Positions 19,762 to 30,542 of a DNA stretch of 64,000 nucleotides are shown piece after piece (the first letter of the stretch is position 1; the number at the start of each line of letters is the position of its first letter). Both the position numbers and the translations under genes were made by a program. The DNA is from Candidatus Spongiisociaceae bacterium (GTDB lineage: Bacteria > Actinomycetota > Acidimicrobiia > Spongiisociales > Spongiisociaceae): contig CBDCOH010000002.1 in NCBI GenBank assembly GCA_965219685.1, positions 3,168,001 through 3,232,000 of the forward strand, given 5' to 3'. The notes beneath the pieces are model-generated. The model did not search any database and had not been told where the DNA came from. It saw only the letters and a list, made by a program, of their open reading frames with translations.

Positions 19762-20181
19762 TCAGACCGAGGCGGCCCGCCAGAGCCGGTGTGCCTCCGC
19801 TGCGAACATGACCGGGAGGACGGTGTCGACCACATGCCAGATGGTCCAGTTCTGGTTGTGCCCCCACGCCGCCTCGAACCAGTTGGGCACGAAGGCGAGC
19901 GCCAAGAGGACCGTCCCGTAGAACATGAGATTGGAGCGGAGCCACGGCCGCACGTCGGCCTGTCCATCGGCCCCGTGGCGTCGCTTCTCCCTGCATGTGG
20001 TCACCGCCATCAACATCAGGCCGGCAGCCATGAACCAATCGAGCACGTGCCACACGTCGAGCGCGGAGCCCAGGGTCTCGCCGGCGGAGTCGTAGGCATA
20101 GAGGGGGAACACCACGAACTGCACCGCCACCGCGACTGCGACCGATGCCAGGTAGAGGCTGATCAACCTGTGCACACCCAC
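19762..20181 (-). CDS. Hypothetical 4-TM membrane protein
   Basis: 139 aa with four hydrophobic segments; GGGAG upstream. Confidence 0.7.
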   Translation of the reverse strand: MGVHRLISLYLASVAVAVAVQFVVFPLYAYDSAGETLGSALDVWHVLDWFMAAGLMLMAVTTCREKRRHGADGQADVRPWLRSNLMFYGTVLLALAFVPNWFEAAWGHNQNWTIWHVVDTVLPVMFAAEAHRLWRAASV

Positions 20182-20350
20182 TGCGAACTCCCTTCCCTAA
20201 TCGGCTGTCCAAGCGACCCGGATGACTGCTTCCGGTCGGATCAGTCGTCGTAGGGTACCTACCGGGGCGGCGGCCACCCTCGTCATGCTTCGGCCAGTCG
20301 TCGGCCGGCCGGTACACTGGCAACTCGTTCGGCACTCAGGAAGGTGAGTC

Positions 20351-21583
20351 GTGGACCAGATCCTGGAAGATTCGTTCACGCTGCCGGACACCGTGTTCCG
20401 CTTCGCGAGCCCCAGCCAGATCCTCTACGGCAGAGGTGCTGCGACCCGCTTCGCGGAGCCTTTCAGCCAACTGTTCGGTGAGCAGGTGAACGGCCCGGTG
20501 CTGGTCGTGACCGACGAGATCCTGATATCGGTGGGTATCACGGGACCGGTGATCGAGGCACTGGCTGGCATGGACCTGGATGTCGAGGTCTTCGCGCGCC
20601 GGCCCGAAGAGCCCACCGCGGAGGCGGTCAATGCCCTGGGTACCCAAACGGCGCGCCTCGACCCGGTGGGGATCGTCGCCATAGGGGGCGGGGCCACCAT
20701 GGACTCCGCCAAGAGCGCCCGCGTCCTGCACCAGTTCGGGGGAAGGATCGAGGATTACGAGGGGATCGGAACCGTTCCCGCACCTGCCACCATCCCGCTG
20801 GCCGCCATCGCCACGACATCGGGAACCGGATCGGAGACCGGGTACGCGGCGCTGTTCACCCATGAGGAGACGTTGACCAAGCGGTTCGTGGGATCACCCC
20901 ACATGGTCCCGGACCTGGCGGTGGTGGACCCGGACCTGACCGCCTCGGTTCCCTCGGCCACGACCGCCCATACCGGTATCGACGCCCTCGCCCAGGCGAT
21001 CGGACCCTTCCTGTCACCACTGCGGCATCCGATCACGGACGTGTTGGCCCGGGAAGCCGTCCGGCTCTTGGGCGGCAACCTTCTGGCCGCCTACCGGGAC
21101 GGTACCGACATGACCGCCCGGTCGGCAATGGCCTACGGCAGCCTGATGATGGGCCTCGCCATGAACAACGCCGAGTGCATCGGCGAACACTTCTTCGCCG
21201 AGATCGTCGGACCGCGCTACGCGATACCGCACGGGGTCTCCGTGGGGATGTTCCTCCCGTACATCCTCCAATTCAACCGGGATGTGTCGGCCGGGCGCCT
21301 GGCCGCGCTGGCGTCGCTCTTCGTCGAGGATCCCGCCGAAGACGACCAGGCTGCCATCGACCAGTTCGTCGGATTCACCAATGCCCTACTCGGTGAGTTG
21401 GAACTCCCCACCCTCAGAGACATCGGCGTCCGGTCCCGCCACCTCGATGAGCTCACGGACCACATCTACGGCCACATCGGGATAGAACTGGACCTCAACC
21501 CGCGGCCCATGAACCGGGACGACTGCGCCCGGATCCTCAGGGCCGCCTACGACGAGATACCCGCCCTCGAAATGGCGGTGTGA
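20351..21583 (+). CDS. Iron-containing (group III) alcohol dehydrogenase family protein
   Basis: GGGATMDSAK, TTSGTGSE, VDPDLT, TGIDAL.Q, H..PHG. Confidence 0.9.
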   Translation: MDQILEDSFTLPDTVFRFASPSQILYGRGAATRFAEPFSQLFGEQVNGPVLVVTDEILISVGITGPVIEALAGMDLDVEVFARRPEEPTAEAVNALGTQTARLDPVGIVAIGGGATMDSAKSARVLHQFGGRIEDYEGIGTVPAPATIPLAAIATTSGTGSETGYAALFTHEETLTKRFVGSPHMVPDLAVVDPDLTASVPSATTAHTGIDALAQAIGPFLSPLRHPITDVLAREAVRLLGGNLLAAYRDGTDMTARSAMAYGSLMMGLAMNNAECIGEHFFAEIVGPRYAIPHGVSVGMFLPYILQFNRDVSAGRLAALASLFVEDPAEDDQAAIDQFVGFTNALLGELELPTLRDIGVRSRHLDELTDHIYGHIGIELDLNPRPMNRDDCARILRAAYDEIPALEMAV

Positions 21584-21700
21584 GCCGGGTCGACGCTCGA
21601 CTGCTGACCAGCGGAACCTCGCAGAGTTCCCGAACCGCTCAGCCCGAGGATAAGCCTGCCGGCCCGCTTGACGCACCGCGGCTGATGGAGTCCTTCATCG

Positions 21701-21906
21701 CGGGGGTTGTCCGTGTCACCGCCCCGTTGCATACTGGTCGGTAGCCGCAAACACCAACGGTCCGTCTCTCGGTGCCGGCCGGACCGGGGCGGGGATAGTC
21801 TTGTCGGAACCGAGCCCCGATGGGGAGGGTGGGACGCGTCCGGGATTCAAGGAGGTGGCGGTGGGGGTGGGCCCTCGGGAGGAGACCGCCGCCAGGTTTT
21901 TCGCGA
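21701..21906 (+). repeat. Dispersed element family A, copy 2
   Basis: Similar to 10496-10697; carries TTGTCC-N17-CATACT and GGAGGT-N4-GTG. Confidence 0.75.
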
Positions 21907-21982
21907 CCTCCGTGTTCTCGGACTTGCGGTCTGATGCTCCGCAGATTCCGAGCATCCATACCGAGCCACCGGAGTCGGACGG

Positions 21983-22768
21983 CTAGCCCCCTCCAGAAGC
22001 GTCAACCCGGAACAACGTCTGCCGTATCGCCGGGTTGGGCGGTCCCAACCTTCGGAGGGCTGCCCACATGGTGACCTGGTTGGCGGCCAGCACCGGCTTC
22101 CCGAGCTCCTCCTCGAGATCGGGGATCAGGTCCAAGGTGCGAAGGTTGGTACAGCTGAGGAACAGGGCTTGCGCTTCGGTGGTGTCCGCGCGCCGGGCCA
22201 GCATCCGGATGGTGGCGGCGGACGCTTCCTGGATGTCCCGGTCGAGGGCCAGGTAGGCGACTGACGGCACCTCCAGCCCCGCCTCCTCCAAGAAGGCCAC
22301 CAGTCCTGCCGCAAGGACCCGATCATGGGGGGTGGCTACCGCTAGCCGGGAGGCGCCGACCGCTGCGGCCGCCTCCAACAGCGCCCCGCTGGTCGTCACG
22401 GCATCCGATCCGGTTGCCGTCGAGATCGTCTCCCGGAGCGAACGCTCCCCCTCCACACCCCTCATGTAGCTGCCCGTCGTGCACCCGTACACAGTCACCT
22501 CCGGGCGGGCGGCGGCGACAGCGGCGGCGGCTTCCCGCACTACCCGTTCCCCGCTGACCTCTTCGACCAGATCGGCGTCGATCAGACCTTCCCGTGCCGG
22601 TGTGCGGGTCACATGGAGGCGAACCCCGGCAGGGAGGTAGGCCCACAACTCGTCGTCGAGAGCGAAGTCGAACGGGACCACCACCCCGATGCCGTCCGGC
22701 CTCCGCTCTCGGGAGGCAGTGCCTTCCACACGGGCATAGGTGGTTCTGGACGGAGAGACTCGTACCAT
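21983..22768 (-). CDS. Asp/Glu racemase / maleate cis-trans isomerase family (EutA-like); start uncertain (22774, 22768 or 22729)
   Basis: GVVVPFDFALD.ELW, YGCTTGS, FLSCTNL, PVLAANQVTMWAAL. Confidence 0.85.
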   Translation of the reverse strand: MVRVSPSRTTYARVEGTASRERRPDGIGVVVPFDFALDDELWAYLPAGVRLHVTRTPAREGLIDADLVEEVSGERVVREAAAAVAAARPEVTVYGCTTGSYMRGVEGERSLRETISTATGSDAVTTSGALLEAAAAVGASRLAVATPHDRVLAAGLVAFLEEAGLEVPSVAYLALDRDIQEASAATIRMLARRADTTEAQALFLSCTNLRTLDLIPDLEEELGKPVLAANQVTMWAALRRLGPPNPAIRQTLFRVDASGGG

Positions 22769-22823
22769 CGACATACGGATCGTAGATCGGTCCGAACCGA
22801 TCCACCGGCGGTACGCTTTCCTG

Positions 22824-23972
22824 ATGGTTAGCACAACCCGGTCCGCATCCCTTGTACCGGCTTTGGCCGCGTACGGAGCCCTGACCCTTACCTTCGACAT
22901 CGTCCCCCTTCTTGTTCCGTCGACCGTCGAGGGATACGGGGTGGCGCTGTCCTCGGGCGCATGGCTCTACGTGATGACCGACTTCGGATTCGGGATCGCG
23001 GCCTTCTGGTACGGGATACGGAGCATACGTCGGAGAAGGTTGCTACTGCTCGGTCTGGGAGGGGTGGCGCTTGCCAACCTCGCCGCGGCGGGAGCGCCCG
23101 ACTTCTTCACCCATCTGGCGGCCAGGACCCTCGCCGGATACGCCATGGGGACGATGGTGGCCGGCGCGATGGGGCTGGTGGTCGACGGCGCCAACATCCC
23201 CAGACGGGTGGGAACCCTCACCGCCGTGATGCCGGCCGCTTCCGTGCTGATGCCACTCGCCGGCTGGGTGACGGAAGCGTACGGCTGGCGCACAACCCTG
23301 GTGGGTCTCGCGGGTGTCGCCCTGGTGGCGCTGGTCATCGCTTCTCCGATGCCGGAGCAGCAGTCTCGGGAGGAGCGAATCAACCCGGCCCGCCTGTTCA
23401 ACCGCTCGGCAACCATCGGAATCGTCTCGGGGGTCTTCTGGGCTCTCGGGTCCATGGTTCCCTGGGTGTTCATCGGCGCACTTGCCGAGGGTCCCGTCGG
23501 CGGGGATGCCACCTTGAGCGGCGTCGCGCTCGCGGTGAGCGGTCTGGCGGGATTCGCCGCCGCGCTGGCAGCCGGCCGGCTCACCTTCCGCAACCGCACC
23601 ACAGGTCTCCAGTGGGGCTTCGCTGCCTGCGGGCTGTCGGTACTCTGGCTCGTGGCCACCCGGGATGTCACGAGCTTCCTGCTGTCCATAGCCGCATGGG
23701 CCTTCTCCCACTGGTTCGTGTTCGTCGTGTACCAGGGCCTGTTCTCCGAGTCGGTGGCTGTGGAGAGCCAGCGCGGGATACTTACCTTCGCAGCCCTGCC
23801 GCTCCAGGTCGGATACGGCCTCGGGGCGGTCGTGGCCTCCTTCGTCTTCCGGGCGTGGAGCTTTGCGGGTCTGGGCTGGGTATCCGCCGCCCTGATGGTG
23901 GTCTCGATGGCCGGTGCCTGGTGGGCGTGGAGGGACAGGATGTCGGCGGCTTCGGAGACCCGGAGCCGCTGA
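22824..23972 (+). CDS. MFS transporter
   Basis: About 12 TM helices, AARTLAG, YGWR; TACGCT 6 nt before the ATG. Confidence 0.8.
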   Translation: MVSTTRSASLVPALAAYGALTLTFDIVPLLVPSTVEGYGVALSSGAWLYVMTDFGFGIAAFWYGIRSIRRRRLLLLGLGGVALANLAAAGAPDFFTHLAARTLAGYAMGTMVAGAMGLVVDGANIPRRVGTLTAVMPAASVLMPLAGWVTEAYGWRTTLVGLAGVALVALVIASPMPEQQSREERINPARLFNRSATIGIVSGVFWALGSMVPWVFIGALAEGPVGGDATLSGVALAVSGLAGFAAALAAGRLTFRNRTTGLQWGFAACGLSVLWLVATRDVTSFLLSIAAWAFSHWFVFVVYQGLFSESVAVESQRGILTFAALPLQVGYGLGAVVASFVFRAWSFAGLGWVSAALMVVSMAGAWWAWRDRMSAASETRSR

Positions 23973-24209
23973 CCCGGGAAGCCGCCGACGAGCCGTTGGC
24001 CGGAACCCCTGCCAGGTCCGGCAAGGGTTTCGAGGCCCCGGGTGCCGGACAGGTCGACCGGTGTCCGCAACTGGAAGGAAACGCCGTCATCCTCCTCAGT
24101 CCGGCCACGCGAAGCTCGATGGTGTTAGCCTTCGACGGACGCCCTACCGTCCGGGCGTGGTCGCCGAATGGCCGGTAGGCGAGCTTTGCATAGCAGAGGA
24201 GGAGGCAAA

Positions 24210-25646
24210 GTGTCCGGACGCAGGCAGAACCCGGTTTCGGCAGGCTCACCGAGAGCATCCCAGATCTACCGAAGACTCTACACCCGCCGCCAGATTCTAA
24301 AGGCGGGCGCGTTGGGCACCGCCGGATTGATGGTGGGGGCCTGCGGGGACGACGAGGTTCCCGCGACCACCGCCGCACCCGCCACCACCGCCGCACCCGC
24401 CACCACCGCCGCGGCCGCGCGTCGCACCGTCCCGGTGTTGTTCGACTACGGCTACGCGGGCATTCCGGGGAGCATGGGCCAGTTCTGGGAGGAGGTCACG
24501 ACCCGGGCCGCCGCGGAGGGAATCGACGTCGAAGGAACCGAGGTCGCCCTCGAAGACCTGGCCATCCGGATCGAGGCGGCACATGCCGCCCAGGCCGGTC
24601 CCTCCATTGAGACCTTCTATGCCAACTACAGCACCTACGAGTTCCTCGAGCAGGGCGCCATCCAGCCGCTGGACCCGCTAGTGGGAGGGAACGCGGAGAT
24701 AGACCACTGGCTCTTCACCAGCCAGCGGTTCAACGGCATGCAGTACAACTCGCCCCTCTTGGCCGAGATCTCGATGCTGGTCGCCAACCGGGACATCTTC
24801 AACAGCGCGGGGGTTGACCTACCCGATCGCTTCGCATCGTGGGACGACATGATCTCGGCCCTCCAGAAGGTCAAGGCCGCCGGTGAAGTGCCGGTGATCA
24901 TCGGCTCGGCAGACGGGTTCAACTCGGAGAAGTGGGTGATGGCCTCGGAGATGGGGTTCCTGGACCGCACCACCGATCTGACCGAGTGGAATCTGGGCCT
25001 TCGCAGCATCGACGAGCCGCTGGCCTCGGGGTGGATAGACAACATCGCCCAGTTGAGGGCCGACCAGCTGATGAACGACGACGCGGACAAGATCACCGAG
25101 CACCAGGCCTTGGAGCGGTTCACCGCAGGCGAGGGCGCCATGATGATGCTCTATCCCGGGGCGGTGTTCGCTCTCGAGGAGGGGCAGTTCGACGTGGTCG
25201 GCTACTGGCAGGGCCCGGGAGCTGCATCCGCCCCGATGGCGGTGGCCGGGAGCGGGATGGTCGTCACCACCTTCGCCGAGGACGCCCAGGCCGCCGGTGA
25301 CCTCATCGCCTTCCTGCACCGTCCGGAGCAGTTGGCACTGTTCAACGAGGTGACATCGGAGCTTCCGTGCGATGACCGCTTCGACGCGAGCGGGCTCGGC
25401 ACGCTGGCATCGCGCACCTGGGGACTGATCACCGATCCCAACCTGCCGGAGCCGTTCTGGGTCCACGACTTCATGCACTACGACGTGATCTTCTCGATCA
25501 TCTACCCGCTCGGCCAGGAGGCCGTGGCGGGCACCCCGCCCGACGAACTTCGCCAGAAGTACAACGAGCAGATGGAGGCATGGCGCGAAGGCAACGAGGA
25601 AGCCATGGGCCGTGTGCAGGGGTTCTACGACGCGGCGACCGCCTAG
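24210..25646 (+). CDS. Carbohydrate-type ABC substrate-binding lipoprotein (Tat signal)
   Basis: GAGGAGG RBS + GTG; TRRQILK Tat motif, GAC lipobox, (TTAAPA)n linker encoded by an 18-bp repeat, NRDIF..AG..P.SWDD. Confidence 0.85.
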   Translation: MSGRRQNPVSAGSPRASQIYRRLYTRRQILKAGALGTAGLMVGACGDDEVPATTAAPATTAAPATTAAAARRTVPVLFDYGYAGIPGSMGQFWEEVTTRAAAEGIDVEGTEVALEDLAIRIEAAHAAQAGPSIETFYANYSTYEFLEQGAIQPLDPLVGGNAEIDHWLFTSQRFNGMQYNSPLLAEISMLVANRDIFNSAGVDLPDRFASWDDMISALQKVKAAGEVPVIIGSADGFNSEKWVMASEMGFLDRTTDLTEWNLGLRSIDEPLASGWIDNIAQLRADQLMNDDADKITEHQALERFTAGEGAMMMLYPGAVFALEEGQFDVVGYWQGPGAASAPMAVAGSGMVVTTFAEDAQAAGDLIAFLHRPEQLALFNEVTSELPCDDRFDASGLGTLASRTWGLITDPNLPEPFWVHDFMHYDVIFSIIYPLGQEAVAGTPPDELRQKYNEQMEAWREGNEEAMGRVQGFYDAATA

Positions 25647-25779
25647 TCGAACACCTTGTGGAGCTAGGGCCCGGAGGCGGGTCTCATCACCCGTCGCCGG
25701 GTCCGAGATCCCGAAGATAGGACTGTGATGAGTCCGGGATTCCCCCCGGCTTCGAGGGTCCGCGGGCGGTGGTAGCGGG

Positions 25780-26709
25780 ATGACGACTCGTGTCCGCACG
25801 CCCGTGCTCCCCCGACCTCGAAGGATCGGCGCCGGTCTGCGCCGATCGCTCCCCGTGCTGGGATGGCTACTGCCAGCGCTGGTGGTGATCGCGTTCGTGA
25901 TCGGCTATCCGGTGATCCAGGTCATCATCGACAGCTTCACCAGCAAGACCAGGTTCGACCCCGGCGAGTTCGTCGCTCTCGACAACTTCGCGGAGTTGAT
26001 GACCGGAGGCGACCAGGACCTCTTCTGGTTGTCCTTCCGCAACAACCTGGTGCTGTTGGTCAGCATACCTGCGACCATACTGGTCGGGCTGGTCGTGTCC
26101 TCCATCCTGTACCGCGGGATCAGGGGGTCGAGGCTGTACGAGGTGTTCATATTCCTGCCCTTCCTCCCGGCGGTGGCGGCCATCTCGGTGATCTTCATCT
26201 ACCTGCTGGGTTGGGAGGGACCGCTCAACGAGACGATCCGGGCGCTCAGCCTCGAACCCCTGGCCCAGGCCTGGCTGACCGATCCGGGGCTGGCCATCTG
26301 GTCGATACTCGGGGTCGTCACCTGGAAGCGCCTCGGTTTCGTGGTGCTGCTCTTCATGGCCCGGATGCTCAGCATCGACCCCGACCTCCTCGATGCCGCA
26401 GCCGTGGACGGTGCAACCTGGTCACAGACGGTTCGCCACGTGGTGGTGCCGGAGATGAGGGCGATCATCCGGTTCGTCGGGATCCTCGGATTCATCGAGG
26501 TCTTCTCCTTCACCTTCGCCTACGTTTTCGTGCTGACCCGAGGCGGCCCGTTCAAGAACACCTACACGCTGGAGTACCTGCTCTTCAGCATCATGTTCCG
26601 GCGGAAGTTGGTGGGTCTGGCTTCGGCGGTGGCGGTGCTGCTACTGCTACTCGCCGTAGCAGTAGCGGTCTATCAGATGCGCCGCGCCCGGGCGAGGGTT
26701 GCGACATGA
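25780..26709 (+). CDS. Carbohydrate ABC permease (MalF type)
   Basis: LDNF, SIDPDLLDAAAVDGA (EAA loop), LTRGGP. Confidence 0.9.
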   Translation: MTTRVRTPVLPRPRRIGAGLRRSLPVLGWLLPALVVIAFVIGYPVIQVIIDSFTSKTRFDPGEFVALDNFAELMTGGDQDLFWLSFRNNLVLLVSIPATILVGLVVSSILYRGIRGSRLYEVFIFLPFLPAVAAISVIFIYLLGWEGPLNETIRALSLEPLAQAWLTDPGLAIWSILGVVTWKRLGFVVLLFMARMLSIDPDLLDAAAVDGATWSQTVRHVVVPEMRAIIRFVGILGFIEVFSFTFAYVFVLTRGGPFKNTYTLEYLLFSIMFRRKLVGLASAVAVLLLLLAVAVAVYQMRRARARVAT

Positions 26710-27611
26710 TGTCCCTCCTCCGACCCGGACGGCGGGCAGGACCGGCCGGAGATCGGTCCCGGAGTGCTCGGCGTCACGTCTGGAAGGAAAGCGGGCTGAT
26801 CAGGGTCGTCCAGCAGGTGTTGATCCTGCTGGTCGTCTTCGTGTCGCTCGCCCCGCTCTACACGGCAGTCACCACGTCCTTCACGCCGCAGGGAGAGTTG
26901 AGCGGCGGCGGCATCATGCCTCCCCGGAACCCGACCTTCGAGAACTACCGGGTGGCCTGGAGCGACCTCGGCTTCCAAGGCATGTTCTCCAACAGCACGA
27001 TCCTGGCGGTCGCGGCCGCGCTGGGCACCACCCTCCTGGGTGCGGCCGGCGCTTTCGCGCTGGTCAGGTTCCGCTTCAAGGGCCGGAGGGTTCTGCTGGT
27101 GGCCATAATCGGCGCCATCGCCGTACCGCCCATCGTGATCATCATCCCGCTGTTCCTGACGATGAGCGACCTCGGATGGGTCAACACCTATCACTCCGCC
27201 ATCATCGCCGAGATCGGGCTGCTGCTGCCGTTCGCCATCTTCCTGCTGTACAGCTTCATGAGGGACCTTCCGGAGGATCTCTTCGACGCGGCTGCTCTGG
27301 ACGGCGCCGGTTCGATCGGCCAGTTCTGGCACGTGGCCCTGCCGCTCTCACGTTCTGCCCTGGTGACCACCGCCATCGTCTCGGGCGTCTTCGCCTGGAA
27401 CGAGTTGCTGGTACCCATGATCCTCTGGCAGGAGGGCAAGTTCGAGACCCTGATGATGGGCCTGGCCACCCTGGGTCCGGGACGGACGGGGGTCCGGTTC
27501 GTCCCCCTCCTCATGGCAGGCGTCACCATCACGATCGTCCCGCTCGTCCTCCTGTTCGTCGTGGGGCGGCGCGCCCTGATCAGGGGCCTCACGGAGGGAG
27601 CCCTCAAGTGA
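26706..27611 (+). CDS. Carbohydrate ABC permease (MalG type)
   Basis: PTFENY, LPEDLFDAAALDGA, WNELL, GLTEGALK; ATGA overlap. Confidence 0.9.
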   Translation: MMSLLRPGRRAGPAGDRSRSARRHVWKESGLIRVVQQVLILLVVFVSLAPLYTAVTTSFTPQGELSGGGIMPPRNPTFENYRVAWSDLGFQGMFSNSTILAVAAALGTTLLGAAGAFALVRFRFKGRRVLLVAIIGAIAVPPIVIIIPLFLTMSDLGWVNTYHSAIIAEIGLLLPFAIFLLYSFMRDLPEDLFDAAALDGAGSIGQFWHVALPLSRSALVTTAIVSGVFAWNELLVPMILWQEGKFETLMMGLATLGPGRTGVRFVPLLMAGVTITIVPLVLLFVVGRRALIRGLTEGALK

Positions 27612-28375
27612 GCCGGGGCGTCATCGTCACCGGGGGCAGCACCGGCATCGGCCTCGCGGTGGCCCGCCGCTTCGCCCGGTCCGGGGACCGCGTGATGATC
27701 ACCGCCCGGTCCGCCGACGCCCTCGACACGGCCCGGTCTGCGCTGGCGGCCGAAGCACTCGAGGTGGTGACGGCCCCGGGGAGCGTCGCGGACCTCCAGG
27801 ATGTGCGCCGTGTTCTGGACGAGGCGATGGAGCGGCTCGGCTCGGTCGACGTGGTGGTCAACAACGCCGGCATCTGCCACGAGGCGGCGGTGGTCGACAC
27901 CGACGACGAGACATGGTATGCGCTGGTGGCGACCAACGTATCGGGGGTGTTCCTGATGAGCAGGGAGGCGGCCAAGGTCATGATCGAGCAGGGCACCGGC
28001 GGTGTCATCATCAACACCTCGTCGGTCAACTCGACGATGGTCGAGCCGCTCTACGTCCCCTACAGCGCCACCAAGGCAGCCGTCGACGCGTTCACGAAGG
28101 GCATGGCCCTGGAGTTGGCCCCTTTCGGAATACGCGTGGTGGGTGTGCGGCCCGGCTACATCGAGACGCCGATGATCGGCAAGGTCCTGCAGGATCCGGC
28201 CGGCGCCGACGAGTGGCGGGAGGCCGTATCCGGGGTGGTGCCATTGGGCCGCATGGCCTATCCCGAGGAGTTGGCCGGGACCTACCTGTTCCTGGCTTCG
28301 GACGACGCCTCCTACATCACCGGCACCAACGTCGTTGTCGATGGGGGTCGCGTAGCGTCTCCGGGCGCCACGTGA
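27608..28375 (+). CDS. Short-chain dehydrogenase/reductase
   Basis: TGGSTGIG, NNAG, YSATK, PGYIET; GTGA overlap. Confidence 0.9.
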   Translation: MSRGVIVTGGSTGIGLAVARRFARSGDRVMITARSADALDTARSALAAEALEVVTAPGSVADLQDVRRVLDEAMERLGSVDVVVNNAGICHEAAVVDTDDETWYALVATNVSGVFLMSREAAKVMIEQGTGGVIINTSSVNSTMVEPLYVPYSATKAAVDAFTKGMALELAPFGIRVVGVRPGYIETPMIGKVLQDPAGADEWREAVSGVVPLGRMAYPEELAGTYLFLASDDASYITGTNVVVDGGRVASPGAT

Positions 28376-28385
28376 CGAGCGGCCC

Positions 28386-29174
28386 GTGACAGGACCCGCA
28401 GAGACCCTCGACGGCCGGACCGCGCTGGTCACGGGCGGAGGATCCGGAATCGGTCGGGGGATCAGCGAGGAACTGGCCCGAGCCGGCGCCCTCGTGCTGG
28501 TGGTGGACATGCGGGCGGGGAGCGCCTCAGACACCGCCACTTCGTTGGTTCGCAGGGGTCTCGCGGCTCGGCCGATCACGTTGGACGTGACCGACTCCGC
28601 AGCCATCGGCGAGGTCCGATCGATGCTCGAGGCCGAGGACTCCATGCCCGACGTGCTGGTGAACAACGCGGCGATCTTCGAGATGGGCGCCCTGGAGGAC
28701 ATCGATCCCTCTTCGTGGGACCGGATGATCGAGGTGAACCTCAAGGGCCCGTTCCTGATGATGCAGGCCTTCATCCCCTGCATGGTCGACCGTGGGTGGG
28801 GGCGGGTGATCTCCATCTCCTCGACGGCGGGCAAGACCGGTGAGGCATACGCTTCCCACTACTGCGCTGCCAAGCGGGGCCTGATCGCACTCAGCCAGTC
28901 CGCTGCCGCCGAGGTCGCGCCCGTCACCGTGAACTGCATCTGCCCCGGGTTCGTGGAGACACCGATGACCCGTGTCGAGACCCGTTTCTGGCATTCCATG
29001 GATCCGTCGGTGAGCGAGCAGCAGGTCGTCGAAAGGATGCGCGATCAGATCCCCCTCGGCCGGATGGGCCGGCCAGAGGACATCGCCAGGGCGGTCAGGT
29101 GGATGAGCCTCCCGACCAACGACTACCTCACCGGACAGGCCGTGAACGTCGACGGGGGTCTCGACTTCCACTGA
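28386..29174 (+). CDS. Short-chain dehydrogenase/reductase
   Basis: TGGGSGIG, NNAA, YCAAK, CPGFVET. Confidence 0.9.
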   Translation: MTGPAETLDGRTALVTGGGSGIGRGISEELARAGALVLVVDMRAGSASDTATSLVRRGLAARPITLDVTDSAAIGEVRSMLEAEDSMPDVLVNNAAIFEMGALEDIDPSSWDRMIEVNLKGPFLMMQAFIPCMVDRGWGRVISISSTAGKTGEAYASHYCAAKRGLIALSQSAAAEVAPVTVNCICPGFVETPMTRVETRFWHSMDPSVSEQQVVERMRDQIPLGRMGRPEDIARAVRWMSLPTNDYLTGQAVNVDGGLDFH

Positions 29175-29260
29175 TCGTCGCTCGTTCGACGTCGATGCCC
29201 GCCACGACCCGTCGGAGCACCGGGACAGGCTACCTTTGGACCAGACGCGCAGGAGTGGCC

Positions 29261-30436
29261 ATGACCGATATCGCCGACGTACCCGCTTACGACATCCCCT
29301 TCGACCAGACGGAATACGACGAGCGCCTCGATCGGCTGCGCCGGGCCATGGAGGAACAGCGCCTCGACGGTCTCATCCTCACCGAGCCGTCCGACATCTA
29401 CTACCTGAGCGGCTACGACACGCAGGGGTTCTGGGCCTACCAGGCAATGATCATCCCGGCGGACGGCCCACTCACACTGGTGTGCTTCGTGGAGGAGGTG
29501 CTCCATGCGGAGGCGCGCGGGCTCCAGCATGCCGGGTACGCTTTCGGGGGCGACCACATCCGCATGACGGTCGAGACGGTCGAGCGGTGCGGCCTGGGCA
29601 ACGGTCGCATCGGTGTGGACATCTGGGGCCGTTACCTCCCCACCGGGGTCTTCCAGGAGTTGGAACGGGCCCTCACCGCCGAGCTGGTCGACATAGCCGG
29701 GATGGCCGAGAGGCAGCGCCTGGTCAAGTCGCCTGCCGAGGTTGCCTACATCCGCGAGGCGGCCGCCATCTCCAACGAGGTGATGGGCCGGGTCTACGAC
29801 GCTTTGCGGATCGGGATCAACGACCGAGAGGTAGCCTCGATCCTCGGCTGCGACTCTATCCGCCTCGGCTCCGACTACTTCGCCATGGGTCCCTACGTCC
29901 GGTTCGGTCCCACCATGGTCGAGGGCCATCTCACCTGGCAGGGAAGAACCTTCGATCCCGGCCACGTGGCGGAACTCGAGGTGGCCGCGGTCCGGAGGCG
30001 CTACAACGCCCCCATCCTCCGCTATGCGGTGGCCGGGCCGATCGAGGGTGACCTGGCCGTCTGCGCCGAGGCAGTCCAGCTGGGCATGGAAGCCGTCCGG
30101 GCGGCCACCAGCCCGGGTGCGGTGGGCAGCGAAGTGAGGCAGGCGGCGTACGAGGTGGGCACCGATCACCTGCGTCGCAACGGCGTGGAAGCCACCTACC
30201 TGCCGGGGGGCTACTCCGTGGGGATCGGATACCCGCCGGACTGGACCGAGGCCGACATCATCACCGCCTCCAGCGACTACGTGCTCCAGCCGAACGTCCT
30301 GTTCCACTTCGTCTCGTTCTTCCAGCTCCCCGAATCCCGCATCGGGACCAGCGATGTCGTGCTCGTGACCGAGGACGGATGCGAGTTCCTCAACACCCTG
30401 CAGGCAGGCCCCGTCTCAGTCCAGGACACAGCCTGA
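29261..30436 (+). CDS. M24 pita-bread-fold hydrolase, EutD/DoeA (ectoine hydrolase)/creatinase-like
   Basis: RLVKS..E, H.TW, ELE..RRRYNAPILR, GYSVGIGYPPDWTE; AGGAG RBS. Confidence 0.82.
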   Translation: MTDIADVPAYDIPFDQTEYDERLDRLRRAMEEQRLDGLILTEPSDIYYLSGYDTQGFWAYQAMIIPADGPLTLVCFVEEVLHAEARGLQHAGYAFGGDHIRMTVETVERCGLGNGRIGVDIWGRYLPTGVFQELERALTAELVDIAGMAERQRLVKSPAEVAYIREAAAISNEVMGRVYDALRIGINDREVASILGCDSIRLGSDYFAMGPYVRFGPTMVEGHLTWQGRTFDPGHVAELEVAAVRRRYNAPILRYAVAGPIEGDLAVCAEAVQLGMEAVRAATSPGAVGSEVRQAAYEVGTDHLRRNGVEATYLPGGYSVGIGYPPDWTEADIITASSDYVLQPNVLFHFVSFFQLPESRIGTSDVVLVTEDGCEFLNTLQAGPVSVQDTA

Positions 30437-30542
30437 GCAGGAGGCCGCCCGCGGCAGAAGGGAACCCTTAGCCATACGATGGTCCCGACCCGGCACCATC
30501 CCACGCGATAATGTCGGTCGGCTACGGATAGGAGATACAAGC

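Noticed and set aside
24210-27611. Carbohydrate ABC operon lacking an ATPase gene
   Set aside because: Normal in Actinobacteria, where a shared MsiK-type ATPase is encoded elsewhere
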